IMG/VR virus record: IMGVR_UViG_3300031953_000062 | Coordinates: 1 to 37,984 of that record | From: a virus | Taxonomy: Duplodnaviria > Caudoviricetes | Direction: 5' to 3' (one strand) | DNA length: 37,984 nt | Shown: positions 9,266-18,033 of the stretch, piece by piece | Layout of the letters: every line of letters begins with the position of its first letter | How positions within the stretch are numbered: the stretch's first letter is position 1 | Notes under the pieces: model-generated | What the model saw: the letters and a program-made list of their open reading frames with translations, nothing else | What the model was told of the DNA's origin: nothing | The model's database searches: none | Position numbers and translations under genes: made by a program

Positions 9266-9906
9266 GCGTCTGCCCCTTGTCCTGCCATCATCACGGCGGC
9301 AACCTCTGCCGCCAGTGCCTTGGCCTCTTCATTGATCCGCTTGTGTGCGGTTTCGGATGCGGCGCGCCCGATAGTGTGGGCCTGCCGGATGGTGGGCAGC
9401 TCGCGCAGCTCGCCATCGAGCGCGATCAGCCCGGCGCGCTTGATGTAGTCGCAGACCTCTGCCCGCTCTCTGGCCGATCCTCTGACGCGGCCAAGGCCAA
9501 GCCGGATCTTGCCGGGCGCGATGCCTGCCTCTTCCAGCTCGAACGCAACCCGCATTTGCGGTTCCAGATCGTCCAAGCTGTAGCCGGTCGGCAAGATAAC
9601 CAGATCTGACTTGCGCGCCATGGTCAGCCCACCGCGCTCGGCATGGGCTGGCCCGTCCAGAATGAGCAGATCAAACCGCGCGGCTTCGGCAAGCGCGCGT
9701 TCAACGCTGCGGAATTTCTGCACGTCCAGATCCGGCTCGATGCCGTCGCGGTCGCGGCGCAGCTTCCAGATTGTTGACGTGCCTTGCGCCGCGTCCAGAT
9801 CCGCGATCATCACGCGCCAACCGGCGCGCGCCATTTCAACGCCCATGAGGCGGGCGAGGGTGGATTTGCCGACCCCGCCTTTCTGACTGATAAGCGATAG
9901 GATCAT
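9262..9906 (-). CDS. parA: Type Ib ParA Walker ATPase (214 aa)
   Basis: SQKGGVGKST deviant Walker A, ADLDAAQG, ILDGPA. No N-terminal HTH. Confidence 0.92.
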   Translation of the reverse strand: MILSLISQKGGVGKSTLARLMGVEMARAGWRVMIADLDAAQGTSTIWKLRRDRDGIEPDLDVQKFRSVERALAEAARFDLLILDGPAHAERGGLTMARKSDLVILPTGYSLDDLEPQMRVAFELEEAGIAPGKIRLGLGRVRGSARERAEVCDYIKRAGLIALDGELRELPTIRQAHTIGRAASETAHKRINEEAKALAAEVAAVMMAGQGADA

Positions 9907-10169
9907 GCTGCGGGTTCCTCTTCGGCTGGCGCTTCCTCGTCATAAAGCGTCTCAACAATGGCGGCGCAGAATGTTTTGAGCGCGTCTTGCTGGTCGGCGT
10001 CCAGTTTGCGCATGGCATTAGCAAAATCATCATAACGGGTCATTGATCCGCCCCCGAAGTGCGCCGCCAGCTCGGCCAGGACATAGGGCGTCTGCTCGCT
10101 GTCGTCCTCGGCCAGCATTTCAACCATGCTGTCCCGCGATATCGTTAAGTGTGCGTTGTAGTCTGCCAT
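9903..10169 (-). CDS. Acidic hypothetical protein (88 aa), first gene of the par operon
   Basis: AAAGGAG RBS before MADYN; ATGA overlap with parA. Confidence 0.7.
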   Translation of the reverse strand: MADYNAHLTISRDSMVEMLAEDDSEQTPYVLAELAAHFGGGSMTRYDDFANAMRKLDADQQDALKTFCAAIVETLYDEEAPAEEEPAA

Positions 10170-10213
10170 TGGTTTAGCTCCTTTGCTGCGGCGCGTTCGC
10201 TGCGCCTGAAAGG

Positions 10214-10269
10214 TAGCTTGCCAGATTGCTAGCAAGGTATCAAGCAAGATTGCTAGCTAGCTATCTTGG
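10214..10269. repeat. Upstream centromere-like array (seven degenerate 8-bp units)
   Basis: TAGCTTGC CAGATTGC TAGCAAGG TATCAAGC AAGATTGC TAGCTAGC TATCTTGG, directly upstream of the par operon. Confidence 0.65.
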
Positions 10270-10436
10270 CGTATATCTGCCAGTGCGGGCAAGCGGTCTG
10301 GCTCGTCAAGTAGATCATCCATATTATCATGCATACTTAGGGCCGGGCGGATAAGCCTGATAGCCCGCATCTTGGCATTGTGCTGCCGCCGCGTTTTGAT
10401 CGCCGATAGGATGGTTTTGATTGAGCGGGTTTGCAT
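10257..10436 (-). CDS. Small protein (59 aa) directly after the recombinase; not in ORF track
   Basis: GGAGG RBS; ATG abuts the recombinase TAA; MQTRSIKTILSAIKTRRQHN...IRQDS. Confidence 0.55.
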   Translation of the reverse strand: MQTRSIKTILSAIKTRRQHNAKMRAIRLIRPALSMHDNMDDLLDEPDRLPALADIRQDS

Positions 10437-11591
10437 TTATGCGGCCTCCAACATGGTGAGTGCGATATCTTCCAGCGCCGGGGTGCGTATCATATTCAGG
10501 CGTCCAACGGCGCGATCTGCGAGTAGGCGCTGGCGGGGCAGGTAGGTTTCCAGAATTTCCATACCGCGCTTGATCGAGTGGCCCGATACTGAACAGATAT
10601 CAGGAATGAGCGCGCCCGATTGTGCGGCCCAAACCATGCCGGTGCGGCGCAGATCCGACGCGCATAGCGGGCCTTTCAATGTCGCCTCGCGCACGGTGCC
10701 ATCCAGCCCTAACAGCGACGGCATATCCTTTGCCGCCTCGGCGCGCACAGCGGCCCATGCCCGTTCAAAGCTGCGCTCGCCATAGCCTGCGCCGGTGGTT
10801 TCGCTGGTGATCAGCGCGCCGGTGCCGGTGATCGGGCCAAGGCGATCCGCTGCGACGGGATGCAAAAGAAAGTTCAGCTCCGCGCCGGTCTTGCTCTGCG
10901 TGAAATAAAGCGCGCCATCCTGCACTTGCGCGGCGGTAAAGGATAGCGCATCGCCGGGCCGCTGCATGGTGGCGGTGATCAGAATGGCGGCGACGGCCAC
11001 GGACGGGCGCCCGATCCGGTCGGCGGCGTTCACCATGGCCCAAAGCTCGTCTCTTGTCCCGACGCGCTTGCGCCGGGCTGGGCTATCAATGCGCAGCGAT
11101 GCGGCGGGATTGCTGCGCGCTTGGCCCAGCTCAATCGCCCAAGTGAAGAGGGCGCGCAGGGTGCCAAGGTGGTTGTAGGCATCGCGCGCGCTCGATGCGG
11201 CCAGCTTGGTGTGCCAGCCGCGCACAACGCTGGCGGTGATCTGCTCGATGCGCTTGGCGCCCAGATCCGCGCGGGCGCGGGCAAGGTGGCGCGCATAGTG
11301 GCGCCGCGTGCTGGCGCGGATGCCGGTGAGGTAAGCGGGGTGCGCCTGATACCGCTCGATCATGTGGCCAAGCGTGGCGGGCGCGCTGCTGGCCGCGCCA
11401 TCTGCGAGCTGCGCATCTGCGGCGGTGTTCAGCTCGTCGGCGGCGTTGAGATTTTCCGAAGATAAAAGGCCAAGGGCCGCGCCCTTAAACCCGAGCTTGC
11501 GCAGGGATTTTGACGGCTCCCAAAAGATCCTATCTTTCTTGATCTGGACGCGGGGCGTGGCTTTAGCACGGCGGATTAGGCTGGCGGTCAT
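10437..11591 (-). CDS. int: Tyrosine recombinase / integrase (384 aa)
   Basis: TMQRPGD (R), QSKTG (K), SDLRRT (R), SGHS (H), LETYL (Y); core-binding domain upstream. Confidence 0.9.
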   Translation of the reverse strand: MTASLIRRAKATPRVQIKKDRIFWEPSKSLRKLGFKGAALGLLSSENLNAADELNTAADAQLADGAASSAPATLGHMIERYQAHPAYLTGIRASTRRHYARHLARARADLGAKRIEQITASVVRGWHTKLAASSARDAYNHLGTLRALFTWAIELGQARSNPAASLRIDSPARRKRVGTRDELWAMVNAADRIGRPSVAVAAILITATMQRPGDALSFTAAQVQDGALYFTQSKTGAELNFLLHPVAADRLGPITGTGALITSETTGAGYGERSFERAWAAVRAEAAKDMPSLLGLDGTVREATLKGPLCASDLRRTGMVWAAQSGALIPDICSVSGHSIKRGMEILETYLPRQRLLADRAVGRLNMIRTPALEDIALTMLEAA

Positions 11592-11627
11592 GGTGGTATC
11601 CTTTGCATGTGGCGGCGCTGGTTCGCA

Positions 11628-11963
11628 TTAGCGCGCTGCTTTGTTTTGATTGGCCATCACTTCGGCCAGGCTATAGATCGTCTGTTGCTGGTCTGGTGTG
11701 AGGCTGCGGTAATAGGTCAGTAGTTTCAGCTCTTGCAGGTTTTGGGTTTCGGGTTGCGGCGTCATGGCCAGCGCGGGCATTAATTCCGCCGGCCGACAGT
11801 CCAGAATTTCCGCAAACAGCACGGCCTTTTCAGGCTTCATATTGATCTTTCCACTTTCCAATTTTGACAAGAGCTGCTGCGAAATACCAGCGGCTTCGGC
11901 CAGATCGGCTTGCGTCATGCCCTTCGCAATACGCCTTAGGCGAAGCGGGCTAACTGATTGCAT
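11628..11963 (-). CDS. XRE-family immunity repressor (CI-like, 111 aa, no S24 peptidase domain)
   Basis: GMTQADLAEAAGISQQLLSKLESG HTH; divergent from a cro-like gene. Confidence 0.88.
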   Translation of the reverse strand: MQSVSPLRLRRIAKGMTQADLAEAAGISQQLLSKLESGKINMKPEKAVLFAEILDCRPAELMPALAMTPQPETQNLQELKLLTYYRSLTPDQQQTIYSLAEVMANQNKAAR

Positions 11964-11995
11964 TTTCTATTCCTTCCAAGCGTGGCCGCGATCTT

Positions 11996-12077
11996 TACTC
12001 CAATTTGGATTAGCCCAATTGTTTATCGTTGTAATCCATTTTCTGACTGTTACAACCTTTTACTACAAAATGGATTA
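11996..12077. promoter_or_regulatory. cI/cro switch operators
   Basis: TACTCCA-ATT-TGGATTA (11996-12012) and TACTACA-AAA-TGGATTA (12061-12077); half site TAATCCA at 12032. Confidence 0.75.
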
Positions 12078-12092
12078 ATCAGGGGTTGTGAT

Positions 12093-12326
12093 GTGACATT
12101 GGGTGAATGGGCGGATGCTCACGGTTTAACGGATCGTGAGATTGCCGAGCGCATGACAAAATGGCAGGAAAAACAAGGCATTGATGATAGTGTAAGTGTT
12201 CCAGCGGTGCAGAAATATCGGACGGGCAGGGTGCCAAAGTCTGACCGGATGCTGGCGATCTTCGGCATCACTGATGGCTGGGTAACGGCCAATGATTTCT
12301 ATGATCTGCCGGTGGTGGTTGCATGA
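12093..12326 (+). CDS. Cro-like regulator (77 aa, GTG start)
   Basis: TLGEW...VSVPAVQKYRTGRVP...ITDGWVTANDFY pattern; divergent from the repressor. Confidence 0.8.
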   Translation: MTLGEWADAHGLTDREIAERMTKWQEKQGIDDSVSVPAVQKYRTGRVPKSDRMLAIFGITDGWVTANDFYDLPVVVA

Positions 12327-13402
12327 CGAACCCCGCTTATGAAGAGATTCGCCGCGCGCGGAGTGAAGAGGCATCGCTGATTTCGGCCATGCTAAAAGAT
12401 CGGGTCGATGCTCTGGCGCCGCTGCTGCTGCCCGAAGGGCGCCGCGAGGGTGCCAATTGGCGGGCCGGGTCCAAAGGGTCCAAGTCAATCGTTCTGACCG
12501 GCCCTAACCGGGGCGTGTACCGGGATTTTGAACAAAGCTCTGACGGCATGGATATGCTGAAAGCGATTGCAGAATTGCTGCATAATGGATCTTTGCGCGA
12601 GGCTGTCGCATGGGCGAAAAGCTATCTTGGCATGGCCGATATGGATGCGGGCGCCATCGAGCTGGCGCGGCGCAAATCCGAAGAGCGGGCCGCAAAGGAT
12701 CGCAAAGACAAGGCGGCGCAGGATCTAAAGCGCCGGTCGCAGGCGGGCGGGATCTGGCATAGCGCCGCGCCGCTGGCCGGGACCATGGCGGAAACCTATC
12801 TGCGCGATGCGCGCGGCATTCATCTTGACCGGCTGGCCGCGCCGCCGAACGCGCTGCGCTTCTCGCCAAAGGTCTGGTGCAAGGATCGGCGCGGCGAATA
12901 TCCGGCGATGGTGTCGAGCCTCTGGCGCATGGGCGATCCGAAGCTGGTGGCGGTGCATCGCACCTATCTGGATGCCGCGCCGGATGGATCTGTTGACAAG
13001 GCTAAAACCAATACGCCGCGCTCGATCCTTGGATCGTGGCCCGGCGCGGTTATTCCCATTCAGCGCGGCGAAGCTGGCACGCGCTGGAAGGATATCGAAG
13101 AGGGCGAGCTGGTCGCGCTCGGCGAGGGCATCGAAGAGGGGCTATCGGTGGCGCTGGTAAAGCCAACGTGGCGCGTGGGCGCGGTGGGGTTCGTCGGCAA
13201 TTTCAGCAAGATCGCCTTGCCTGTGTGGTGCCATCTTATGATCTGCGCAAACAATGATCCGCCCGGTAGTGAGGCGGCGATTGCGATTGATAGGGCGGTG
13301 CCTGCCTTGGAAGAGCGCGGCCATGTGGTGCGCGTCCTGCGCCCGCCAAACGAGTTCAAAGATTGGAATGATTTTTTGCGCGGGGTGAAACGTGGCCGAT
13401 AG
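12323..13402 (+). CDS. Toprim-domain primase-like protein (359 aa)
   Basis: YLRDARGI, AVHRTYL, LGEGIEEGLS, CANND and KDWNDFL motifs. Confidence 0.82.
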   Translation: MTNPAYEEIRRARSEEASLISAMLKDRVDALAPLLLPEGRREGANWRAGSKGSKSIVLTGPNRGVYRDFEQSSDGMDMLKAIAELLHNGSLREAVAWAKSYLGMADMDAGAIELARRKSEERAAKDRKDKAAQDLKRRSQAGGIWHSAAPLAGTMAETYLRDARGIHLDRLAAPPNALRFSPKVWCKDRRGEYPAMVSSLWRMGDPKLVAVHRTYLDAAPDGSVDKAKTNTPRSILGSWPGAVIPIQRGEAGTRWKDIEEGELVALGEGIEEGLSVALVKPTWRVGAVGFVGNFSKIALPVWCHLMICANNDPPGSEAAIAIDRAVPALEERGHVVRVLRPPNEFKDWNDFLRGVKRGR

Positions 13403-15347
13403 TGATTTTAAAGACAGTGAAGAGGCGGTGCGCGCGGCGCTCGATGCGCAGGCAGATCCTCAAGGCCCGCGCGTGATTGTCGCCGGGGCGGATAAGTCGC
13501 TGCGCGTTGATGATCATGGGCGGATGATTGTGAGCGCCGCGCCCAAGCTCAGCCAGTTGCCCCCAGATGCGCCGGTGCGGGCGCTCGGGACGCATGGCAA
13601 TAAGTGCTATTTTCTCGATGCGCATTCGCAGCTCAGAGAATTGCCTGCCAAAGAGGTCAACCGCACGATGGTCTTGCATATGTTCGGCGACGAAACGCAA
13701 TGGATCTATGACCTATGGCCGGTGCTGCGCAAAAGCGAGGATGATCTATGGGTTATTACCGGATGGGATGCCAGCAAGGCGCAAGAAAGCATGTTGCGCG
13801 CCGTCGCGCGGCGCGGCCTGTGGCGCCCGCAAGATCATGTGCGCGGGCGCGGGACGTGGGACGTGGGCAAGGGGCGGCTTGTGGTTCATGCGGGTAATTG
13901 CTTGCATTTTTCCGATGGAAAGGTCGAGCGGCCCGGCTTGATCGGCGCCGATGTTTACCCCGCCTCGACCCTGGCCCTTGCCCCCGCGAAAAAAGGCGAA
14001 GGGCCAAGCGCCTCTGAGGCCGTCGAAGAGCTGCTGGAATTGTTCGGCCTGTGGAATTGGGCGCGTGAGTTTGATGGGCGTTTGCTCTTGGGCTGGGTGA
14101 TCGCGGCCATGGTGGCCGGTGCCTTGGGCATCCGCCCGCTGGTCTGGGTGACGGGCGAAAAGGGAACGGGTAAATCATCCTTGGTCGGCGAGGATGGTAT
14201 CATTCATAAGATCTTCGGCGATGGTATCCTTATGACGGCCAACACCACGGCGGCGGGCCTTTATCAAAAGATCGGCTATGACGCGCTGCCGGTGGCGATA
14301 GACGAAATTGAAGCCAAGCGCGGCAACCAGAAAACCGAAGCTGTGATCGAGCTGGCGCGGCAAGCCTATTCGGGCGGCATGGTATTGCGCGGCGGCGCTG
14401 ACCATGAAGGCAAAGAGTTTCGGGCAATGTGTCCGGTGCTGTTTGGCTCGATCCTGATACCGCCCTTGATGCCGCAAGATCTATCGCGCCTTGCGCTGTT
14501 GAACCTGCGGCCCTTTGATATTGACGCGCAGGAACCAAAGGTAGAGCCGGGCCGTCTGGGCGAGCTGGGCCGGGCCATGCTGCGCGGGATGCTGGATATG
14601 TGGCCTAAATGGCCGGAGCGACTGACCGTCTGGCGCGATTATCTGCAAGGGCTTGGCCATGATCAGCGCGCCAGCGGCCAGTTTGGCACGCTCTTGGCGA
14701 TGGTCGACCTGCTCATGCATGACACGCCGCCAAGCGAAGAGAATATGGAGCATATCGCGGGCCGCATGACGCCGGTGACATTGCTTGAAACGCAATCTGC
14801 CAGCTCGAACGCTGAGCGGTGCGTAGGCTATGCTATGTCGCGCCCGCTGCATTCGTCGCGCGGCGGTGAGCAAATGATGGTGTCCGAGCTGGTCGCCTGC
14901 GCGGTGCGGCGCTACGGCGGCGAAATGGAAAACCCGATAAAGCCGCTCGATGCTGTGCGCTATTTGGAGCGCGCCGGGGTGTCGGTTCTAGTCCAGCAAT
15001 CGGACGGCGGCGAGCTGAAATTAACCAAGCCGGTCAGAGTCGCGCCGCATGACCTGAAAGATATTCTCGATGCGGAATTTGACGGCGGGGATCTGGGCGT
15101 GTTCGTCGCGTTCTCGCCCGATGGTGACGGCATTTTGGAGCTGTTCAGGGGGTCCGATTGGGAAGGCGTGGCGGGCGCGCACAACCCCTATGTGCAGGCG
15201 CTTGAGCGCGTGCCGGGCGCGCGGCGGGCTGCGAATGTTGTGCGGGTTGGGGTGAGATCCTGCCGCCCGATTTTGGTGCCGATCAAGCAATGCGTTGATG
15301 TGCCAAGCGCGGCGGAAGTGGCGGCGGGGTCTGGCAATGACAATTGA
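13392..15347 (+). CDS. Replicative helicase / P-loop NTPase partner of the primase (651 aa)
   Basis: Walker A GEKGTGKS, Walker B VAIDE; coupled to the primase gene. Confidence 0.8.
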   Translation: MADSDFKDSEEAVRAALDAQADPQGPRVIVAGADKSLRVDDHGRMIVSAAPKLSQLPPDAPVRALGTHGNKCYFLDAHSQLRELPAKEVNRTMVLHMFGDETQWIYDLWPVLRKSEDDLWVITGWDASKAQESMLRAVARRGLWRPQDHVRGRGTWDVGKGRLVVHAGNCLHFSDGKVERPGLIGADVYPASTLALAPAKKGEGPSASEAVEELLELFGLWNWAREFDGRLLLGWVIAAMVAGALGIRPLVWVTGEKGTGKSSLVGEDGIIHKIFGDGILMTANTTAAGLYQKIGYDALPVAIDEIEAKRGNQKTEAVIELARQAYSGGMVLRGGADHEGKEFRAMCPVLFGSILIPPLMPQDLSRLALLNLRPFDIDAQEPKVEPGRLGELGRAMLRGMLDMWPKWPERLTVWRDYLQGLGHDQRASGQFGTLLAMVDLLMHDTPPSEENMEHIAGRMTPVTLLETQSASSNAERCVGYAMSRPLHSSRGGEQMMVSELVACAVRRYGGEMENPIKPLDAVRYLERAGVSVLVQQSDGGELKLTKPVRVAPHDLKDILDAEFDGGDLGVFVAFSPDGDGILELFRGSDWEGVAGAHNPYVQALERVPGARRAANVVRVGVRSCRPILVPIKQCVDVPSAAEVAAGSGNDN

Positions 15348-15618
15348 AGGTCGGGCAGTGACAATTGAAGAGCGCCGGGAAATGCTAGACGCAATGCGCC
15401 GGCCGCAGCGGCTTATGCTCAAGCGGGCCTATGCTAAAACGCAGCGGCATCCGTTGATGATGGACGGGCCAAACATGGCCCGCGTTGCGCAAGAAATGGT
15501 GCGCCTTGGCTATCTGAAACAATGCCGCGCCGGGTATGTTCTGACGGGCGCTGGCTTCAAGCTGGCCTTCGCGCTGCGCGTGGATGGCTGGCCGAATTGT
15601 GAAAAGGGAAGGGGTTAG
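15337..15618 (+). CDS. Small basic protein, possible winged helix (93 aa)
   Basis: VAQEMVRLGYLK...GYVLTGAG resembles a winged-helix end; overlaps the helicase stop. Confidence 0.55.
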   Translation: MTIEGRAVTIEERREMLDAMRRPQRLMLKRAYAKTQRHPLMMDGPNMARVAQEMVRLGYLKQCRAGYVLTGAGFKLAFALRVDGWPNCEKGRG

Positions 15619-15621
15619 ATT

Positions 15622-15807
15622 ATGATGATGTCACTAAAGCGGGTAACGTGGAAACGCGACCCGACCGAAGAGGAATATGAGCAATTGAAGAGGGCAATAT
15701 TTTTTGGCCCTTCTGTTTTTGAAAGGGGCCGTGAATGGCTGTTTCTCTGGGGTGATGATCCTGAAATTCACGCTGACACGCCGCCCGGCTACCGCCGGAT
15801 TAACTAA
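15622..15807 (+). CDS. Hypothetical protein (61 aa)
   Basis: Follows 3 nt after the previous stop; purine-rich RBS. Confidence 0.5.
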   Translation: MMMSLKRVTWKRDPTEEEYEQLKRAIFFGPSVFERGREWLFLWGDDPEIHADTPPGYRRIN

Positions 15808-15880
15808 ACGATAAAGCGCAACCGACTATGCCGACTATGCCGATTGCGCTGCGGATCTGCGAGCTGGTGAGGGCGTGCGT

Positions 15881-16120
15881 TTACCGCTTCCAGCGATCCG
15901 GCCAAAGGCGGCGCGGCGTTGCGGCCAGCAGCTCGGCGGCGGCTTGTACGCCAATGGGCGGCGCGTCGTCGCGGCCCTTGGGCGGGGTAAACCAGCGGCG
16001 CACCTGCTGGCCGGGCATATCCAGCGCGCGCGCAACCTCGACACGCCAATGCGGTCCGAGAACGCGGGCGAAGAGGGCGGCGGTGCGCTCGCGCGCGGCG
16101 ATTTTTTCTGCTGTGGTCAT
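15881..16120 (-). CDS. Small HTH DNA-binding protein (79 aa)
   Basis: GAGGAG RBS; WRVEVARALDMPGQQVRRW HTH pattern. Confidence 0.7.
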   Translation of the reverse strand: MTTAEKIAARERTAALFARVLGPHWRVEVARALDMPGQQVRRWFTPPKGRDDAPPIGVQAAAELLAATPRRLWPDRWKR

Positions 16121-16217
16121 GGCCTGAGTTCTCCTCTATATCGAAACTTGTCCTTTGCGGACAACAGGGGCGGCGCTGGTTCGCAAAATCATAAAGTGCC
16201 GCCCCGACCCTTTCCCC

Positions 16218-16964
16218 TTACTCTTCAATTCTTTGCCTTAGGGATTTGCCGTTAAACATTGTCCAGCCGGTGCTTTCCTCTAGGTCCAGATATTTTTGGT
16301 AAAGATCGGGCCTTTGATTCGCGCCATGTTTTAGGTCGCGGCTGCATCCCATAATGCAAAATACGCAAGAAAGCCGTTCGTTGCCTTCGTATGCCCAGAA
16401 GGGCTTTTGTTCCGCATTCTTGATAATGGCAAAGACATGCTGCGTCGTTAGGTGATGAATGGGCATGTATTCATAAACCTCGCGCCCCGCCTTGCTTAAA
16501 ACCGCGTTGATTTTTAACGGTTCTTTTTTGGCACGGCTGGGGCTTTCTTCTGAGCGAATTCCGGTGCAATTCAGGGCCAGCGTTGCGCCGCGTAACTTCA
16601 TATCGTTTCTGATAAATTTGTGTATTGGGTTGCGCTTCAAGTCGCTGGTGCATTGGCGGGTTGCGCTGGATGGCCAGGACGGCACGTCAGGCCGGGTTTT
16701 GGCGCGCTGCTCCACCATTTCAAAGAAAGTTTTGCCCGCGCTGACTACGTGCAGCCGGTGGGCTATTGTCGCGCGAATGTGGTCTTGCACGCCGGTCCAT
16801 TCGATTTCGCCTAGATCTGCGTGAACAGCGATGATTTGCGCATCGGGAACAAAGCGCCGGATTTCTGAATACATTGCTTGGCTATCTTTGCCACCGCTAT
16901 GCGACACGTAAAACAGGGCGCCGCGCGCAACAAACTGCGCGATCTTTTCTTGTTCCAAAATCAT
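16218..16964 (-). CDS. Phosphoadenosine-phosphosulfate (PAPS) reductase family protein (248 aa)
   Basis: SHSGGKDS PP-loop, RQCTSDLK, GIRSEESPSRA, RLSCVFC. Visibly more AT-rich than the flanks. Confidence 0.88.
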   Translation of the reverse strand: MILEQEKIAQFVARGALFYVSHSGGKDSQAMYSEIRRFVPDAQIIAVHADLGEIEWTGVQDHIRATIAHRLHVVSAGKTFFEMVEQRAKTRPDVPSWPSSATRQCTSDLKRNPIHKFIRNDMKLRGATLALNCTGIRSEESPSRAKKEPLKINAVLSKAGREVYEYMPIHHLTTQHVFAIIKNAEQKPFWAYEGNERLSCVFCIMGCSRDLKHGANQRPDLYQKYLDLEESTGWTMFNGKSLRQRIEE

Positions 16965-17044
16965 ACCCCGCACCCCACTGCAATAAAGACCATTCCGAAA
17001 AGCGTTGTGATAAGCGCCAGCATGGCGAGAATGTCGCGGATCAT
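16961..17044 (-). CDS. 27-aa membrane microprotein MIRDILAMLALITTLFGMVFIAVGCGV
   Basis: ATGA overlaps at both ends; hydrophobic. Confidence 0.6.
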   Translation of the reverse strand: MIRDILAMLALITTLFGMVFIAVGCGV

Positions 17045-17169
17045 ACCCCCAGCCCCCCTGCAATGAAGATCAGGGCGCTAGTCAGCATGGCAAAGACGGC
17101 AATTGCGATCACAAGCGCGCCGATCAGCATGGCCAGAATGGGCCTTTCGCCGAAAATCGTTTTAAACAT
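17041..17169 (-). CDS. 42-aa membrane microprotein MFKTIFGERPILAMLIGALVIAIAVFAMLTSALIFIAGGLGV
   Basis: AAAGGA RBS within the conserved leader; ATGA overlap with the next gene. Confidence 0.65.
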   Translation of the reverse strand: MFKTIFGERPILAMLIGALVIAIAVFAMLTSALIFIAGGLGV

Positions 17170-17176
17170 GGTTCGT

Positions 17177-17274
17177 TCCTTTGCGTTTGTCGGCGGGTTC
17201 GCGTGTCGCCGATAGTCTGGCCGGAATTGGCGCAGGGTGCAGCGGCCCGAGCTGGGGCCGCTGGCGCTGCGTCA
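17177..17274. repeat. ~100-bp structured intergenic repeat, copy 1
   Basis: 8 substitutions and 2 indels versus 18624-18723 by manual alignment; two hairpins. Confidence 0.92.
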
Positions 17275-18033
17275 CGCGGCGAGCTGGTGCGCCTCTGCGG
17301 CCCCGCCCCATTGCAGCGCCATGGCCTGCGCTACGCCGGGAAAAAACCGGCTGCGCTCTTTCCAGCGGTTTTTGCCGGGGCTGGCCTTGTGGACGCTATC
17401 GCGCGCCGTGGTGCCGTCGAGCGTGCCGGTGCGGTCCAGCTTGGGCAGGCCGCGCAGCCAAAGGCATGTGCGCTTTTTCTCATTGTCGGGGCCGTGTTCG
17501 TCGGTCCCGAATTGCCACGGCTGGACGCTCTGCGCGGCGGGCTGAAAGTTGCGAATGCGCTCTTTTGCGTGCGGGTGCATGACCGGATTTTCTACCGCGA
17601 TCATGGGAATATGCGGCACGTTCCACACGTCCGAAAACAGCGCCGCGCCCGCGTCTAGGTGCCGCCAGATCATCGCCAAGCGATCTTCATGCGATAGCGT
17701 CGGCCAAGCTGCCGCCTCGTCGGGCGTGCAGTCAGCGGGCGGGTTTGTCGGTGGCGTTGTCAGCCAACGCACGCCGGAATTGCAAAGCCGGGTGCAAGGC
17801 GGGTGCATCACGGCCAGAATGTCCCAATCATCCTGCATCATCACGTCGCGCACGTCGCCGGTGATATGGCGATTGCTGGGCCGCTCGGCTGGCAGTAGGT
17901 CGCAGCTCCAAGCGTCATGGCCTAGAGCGTTGAACGCATCGCGCACAACGCCGGATTGCTCGCACCCGATCAGCACTTTAAGCGCGCGCTGCGGGTGGGC
18001 ATCGAAGAGGGGGAAAAGGCTGGTTTGCAACAT
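17272..18033 (-). CDS. C5-cytosine DNA methyltransferase-like protein (253 aa)
   Basis: VLIGCEQSG (motif I variant), SCDLLP, HPPC (motif IV), VENP (motif VI), QPWQFG...KRTCLW. Confidence 0.7.
   Translation of the reverse strand: MLQTSLFPLFDAHPQRALKVLIGCEQSGVVRDAFNALGHDAWSCDLLPAERPSNRHITGDVRDVMMQDDWDILAVMHPPCTRLCNSGVRWLTTPPTNPPADCTPDEAAAWPTLSHEDRLAMIWRHLDAGAALFSDVWNVPHIPMIAVENPVMHPHAKERIRNFQPAAQSVQPWQFGTDEHGPDNEKKRTCLWLRGLPKLDRTGTLDGTTARDSVHKASPGKNRWKERSRFFPGVAQAMALQWGGAAEAHQLAA

Noticed and set aside
10257-11627. attP site near the recombinase
   Set aside because: No tRNA-like core or arm repeats could be identified without the host genome.
15822-15843. CCGACTATG short tandem repeat at the convergence of two operons
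   Set aside because: Only about 2.4 copies and no other occurrence noticed.
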